In this document: positions 49,461 through 50,304 of the stretch, in pieces | How the letters are laid out: every line of letters starts with the position of its first letter | Position numbering within the stretch: the stretch's first letter is position 1 | Made by a program: the position numbers and the translations under genes | From: Octopus bimaculoides | Lineage: Eukaryota | NCBI RefSeq assembly: GCF_001194135.2 | Contig: NC_068993.1 | Coordinates: 39,426,048 to 39,476,351 of the forward strand | DNA length: 50,304 bases | Direction: 5' to 3' | The notes under the pieces: model-generated | Seen by the model: only the letters and a program-made list of their open reading frames with translations | What the model was told of the DNA's origin: nothing | Database searches by the model: none

Positions 49461-50304
49461 AACAAATAAAAAAAAATGAACACAACGGACAACGGAACAA
49501 AATGAAAGTAAAACAAACGAACAAAAAAAATAAATAATGCTAAAATTGTCAGAAATTTTTTTTACTAAAATAACATAATACATTAAACTCATATATGTAC
49601 GTACGTTTGCATAGTATATATATTGTATAAATGCAATTCAGGAGAAATGAAGAACATTTTGTGTTTATGTGTGCATAGATTCATGCATACATATATACAC
49701 TTTTATTTATAAATAGATAGTATGCACATAAATATAAATATCCATACGTATACAATATAATATAATATATCACACACACACATACACATGCACATATATA
49801 TATATATATATATATACGTACGTATATGTATATGTGTGTGTGTACACATGAAATACGTACAGACACATATACACACATACCTCTATACACATAGATAGAT
49901 AAATAGACATACAATATTTATTCAAAGGTAATTCTGCATAAATTAGTACTTATAGCTACTCATGTAGTATCTTTAGCTGACTGAGGATCAATAACAACAA
50001 ACTCTGAGTAATATCAGAGACTCAATTTGCATAACAATTACTACATAAATATTGGACTAATGGCTATTTTATATTACTTAATTGTACTTGAATTTAGGTC
50101 TAATACCTGCAAACTCACATACACACACACACACACGCATACACGCACACACACACACACGCACACACACACACGCACACATGTATATGTATACATAGAT
50201 ATAGACATAAACCTTTATATATGAATGCATAAATCCACGCATGTATATATATGTATATAGATATACATATATATATATATATATACATATATACATACAT
50301 ATAT

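Overview
Eukaryotic, AT-rich, repeat-dominated DNA with many N gaps, most of them next to microsatellites. The repeat content looks like an Octopus (cephalopod) genome; this is inference from the tRNA-derived SINE families and microsatellite load. No host protein-coding exon could be confidently identified, and nearly all ORFs in the track are microsatellite or gap artefacts. Supported content: many copies of several tRNA-headed SINE families (labelled A-G here for convenience); decayed DNA transposons (two mariners, a Tc1 end, and MITEs of Tc1/mariner, hAT, piggyBac and Helentron type); and LINE fragments (RTE, R4/Dong-like, CR1/Jockey-like, possibly Penelope). Highlights: (1) a full-length, structurally intact 5.8S rRNA copy with no rDNA flanks, fused to the 5' end of a SINE inside a stack of five same-strand RNA-derived modules (24.5-25.3 kb); (2) a TSD-flanked, tRNA-headed SINE carrying an intact minimal type I hammerhead ribozyme (29.4-29.7 kb); (3) a CpG-decay boundary near 18 kb; (4) an inverted duplication that copies a chimeric junction (34.9-35.4 kb).
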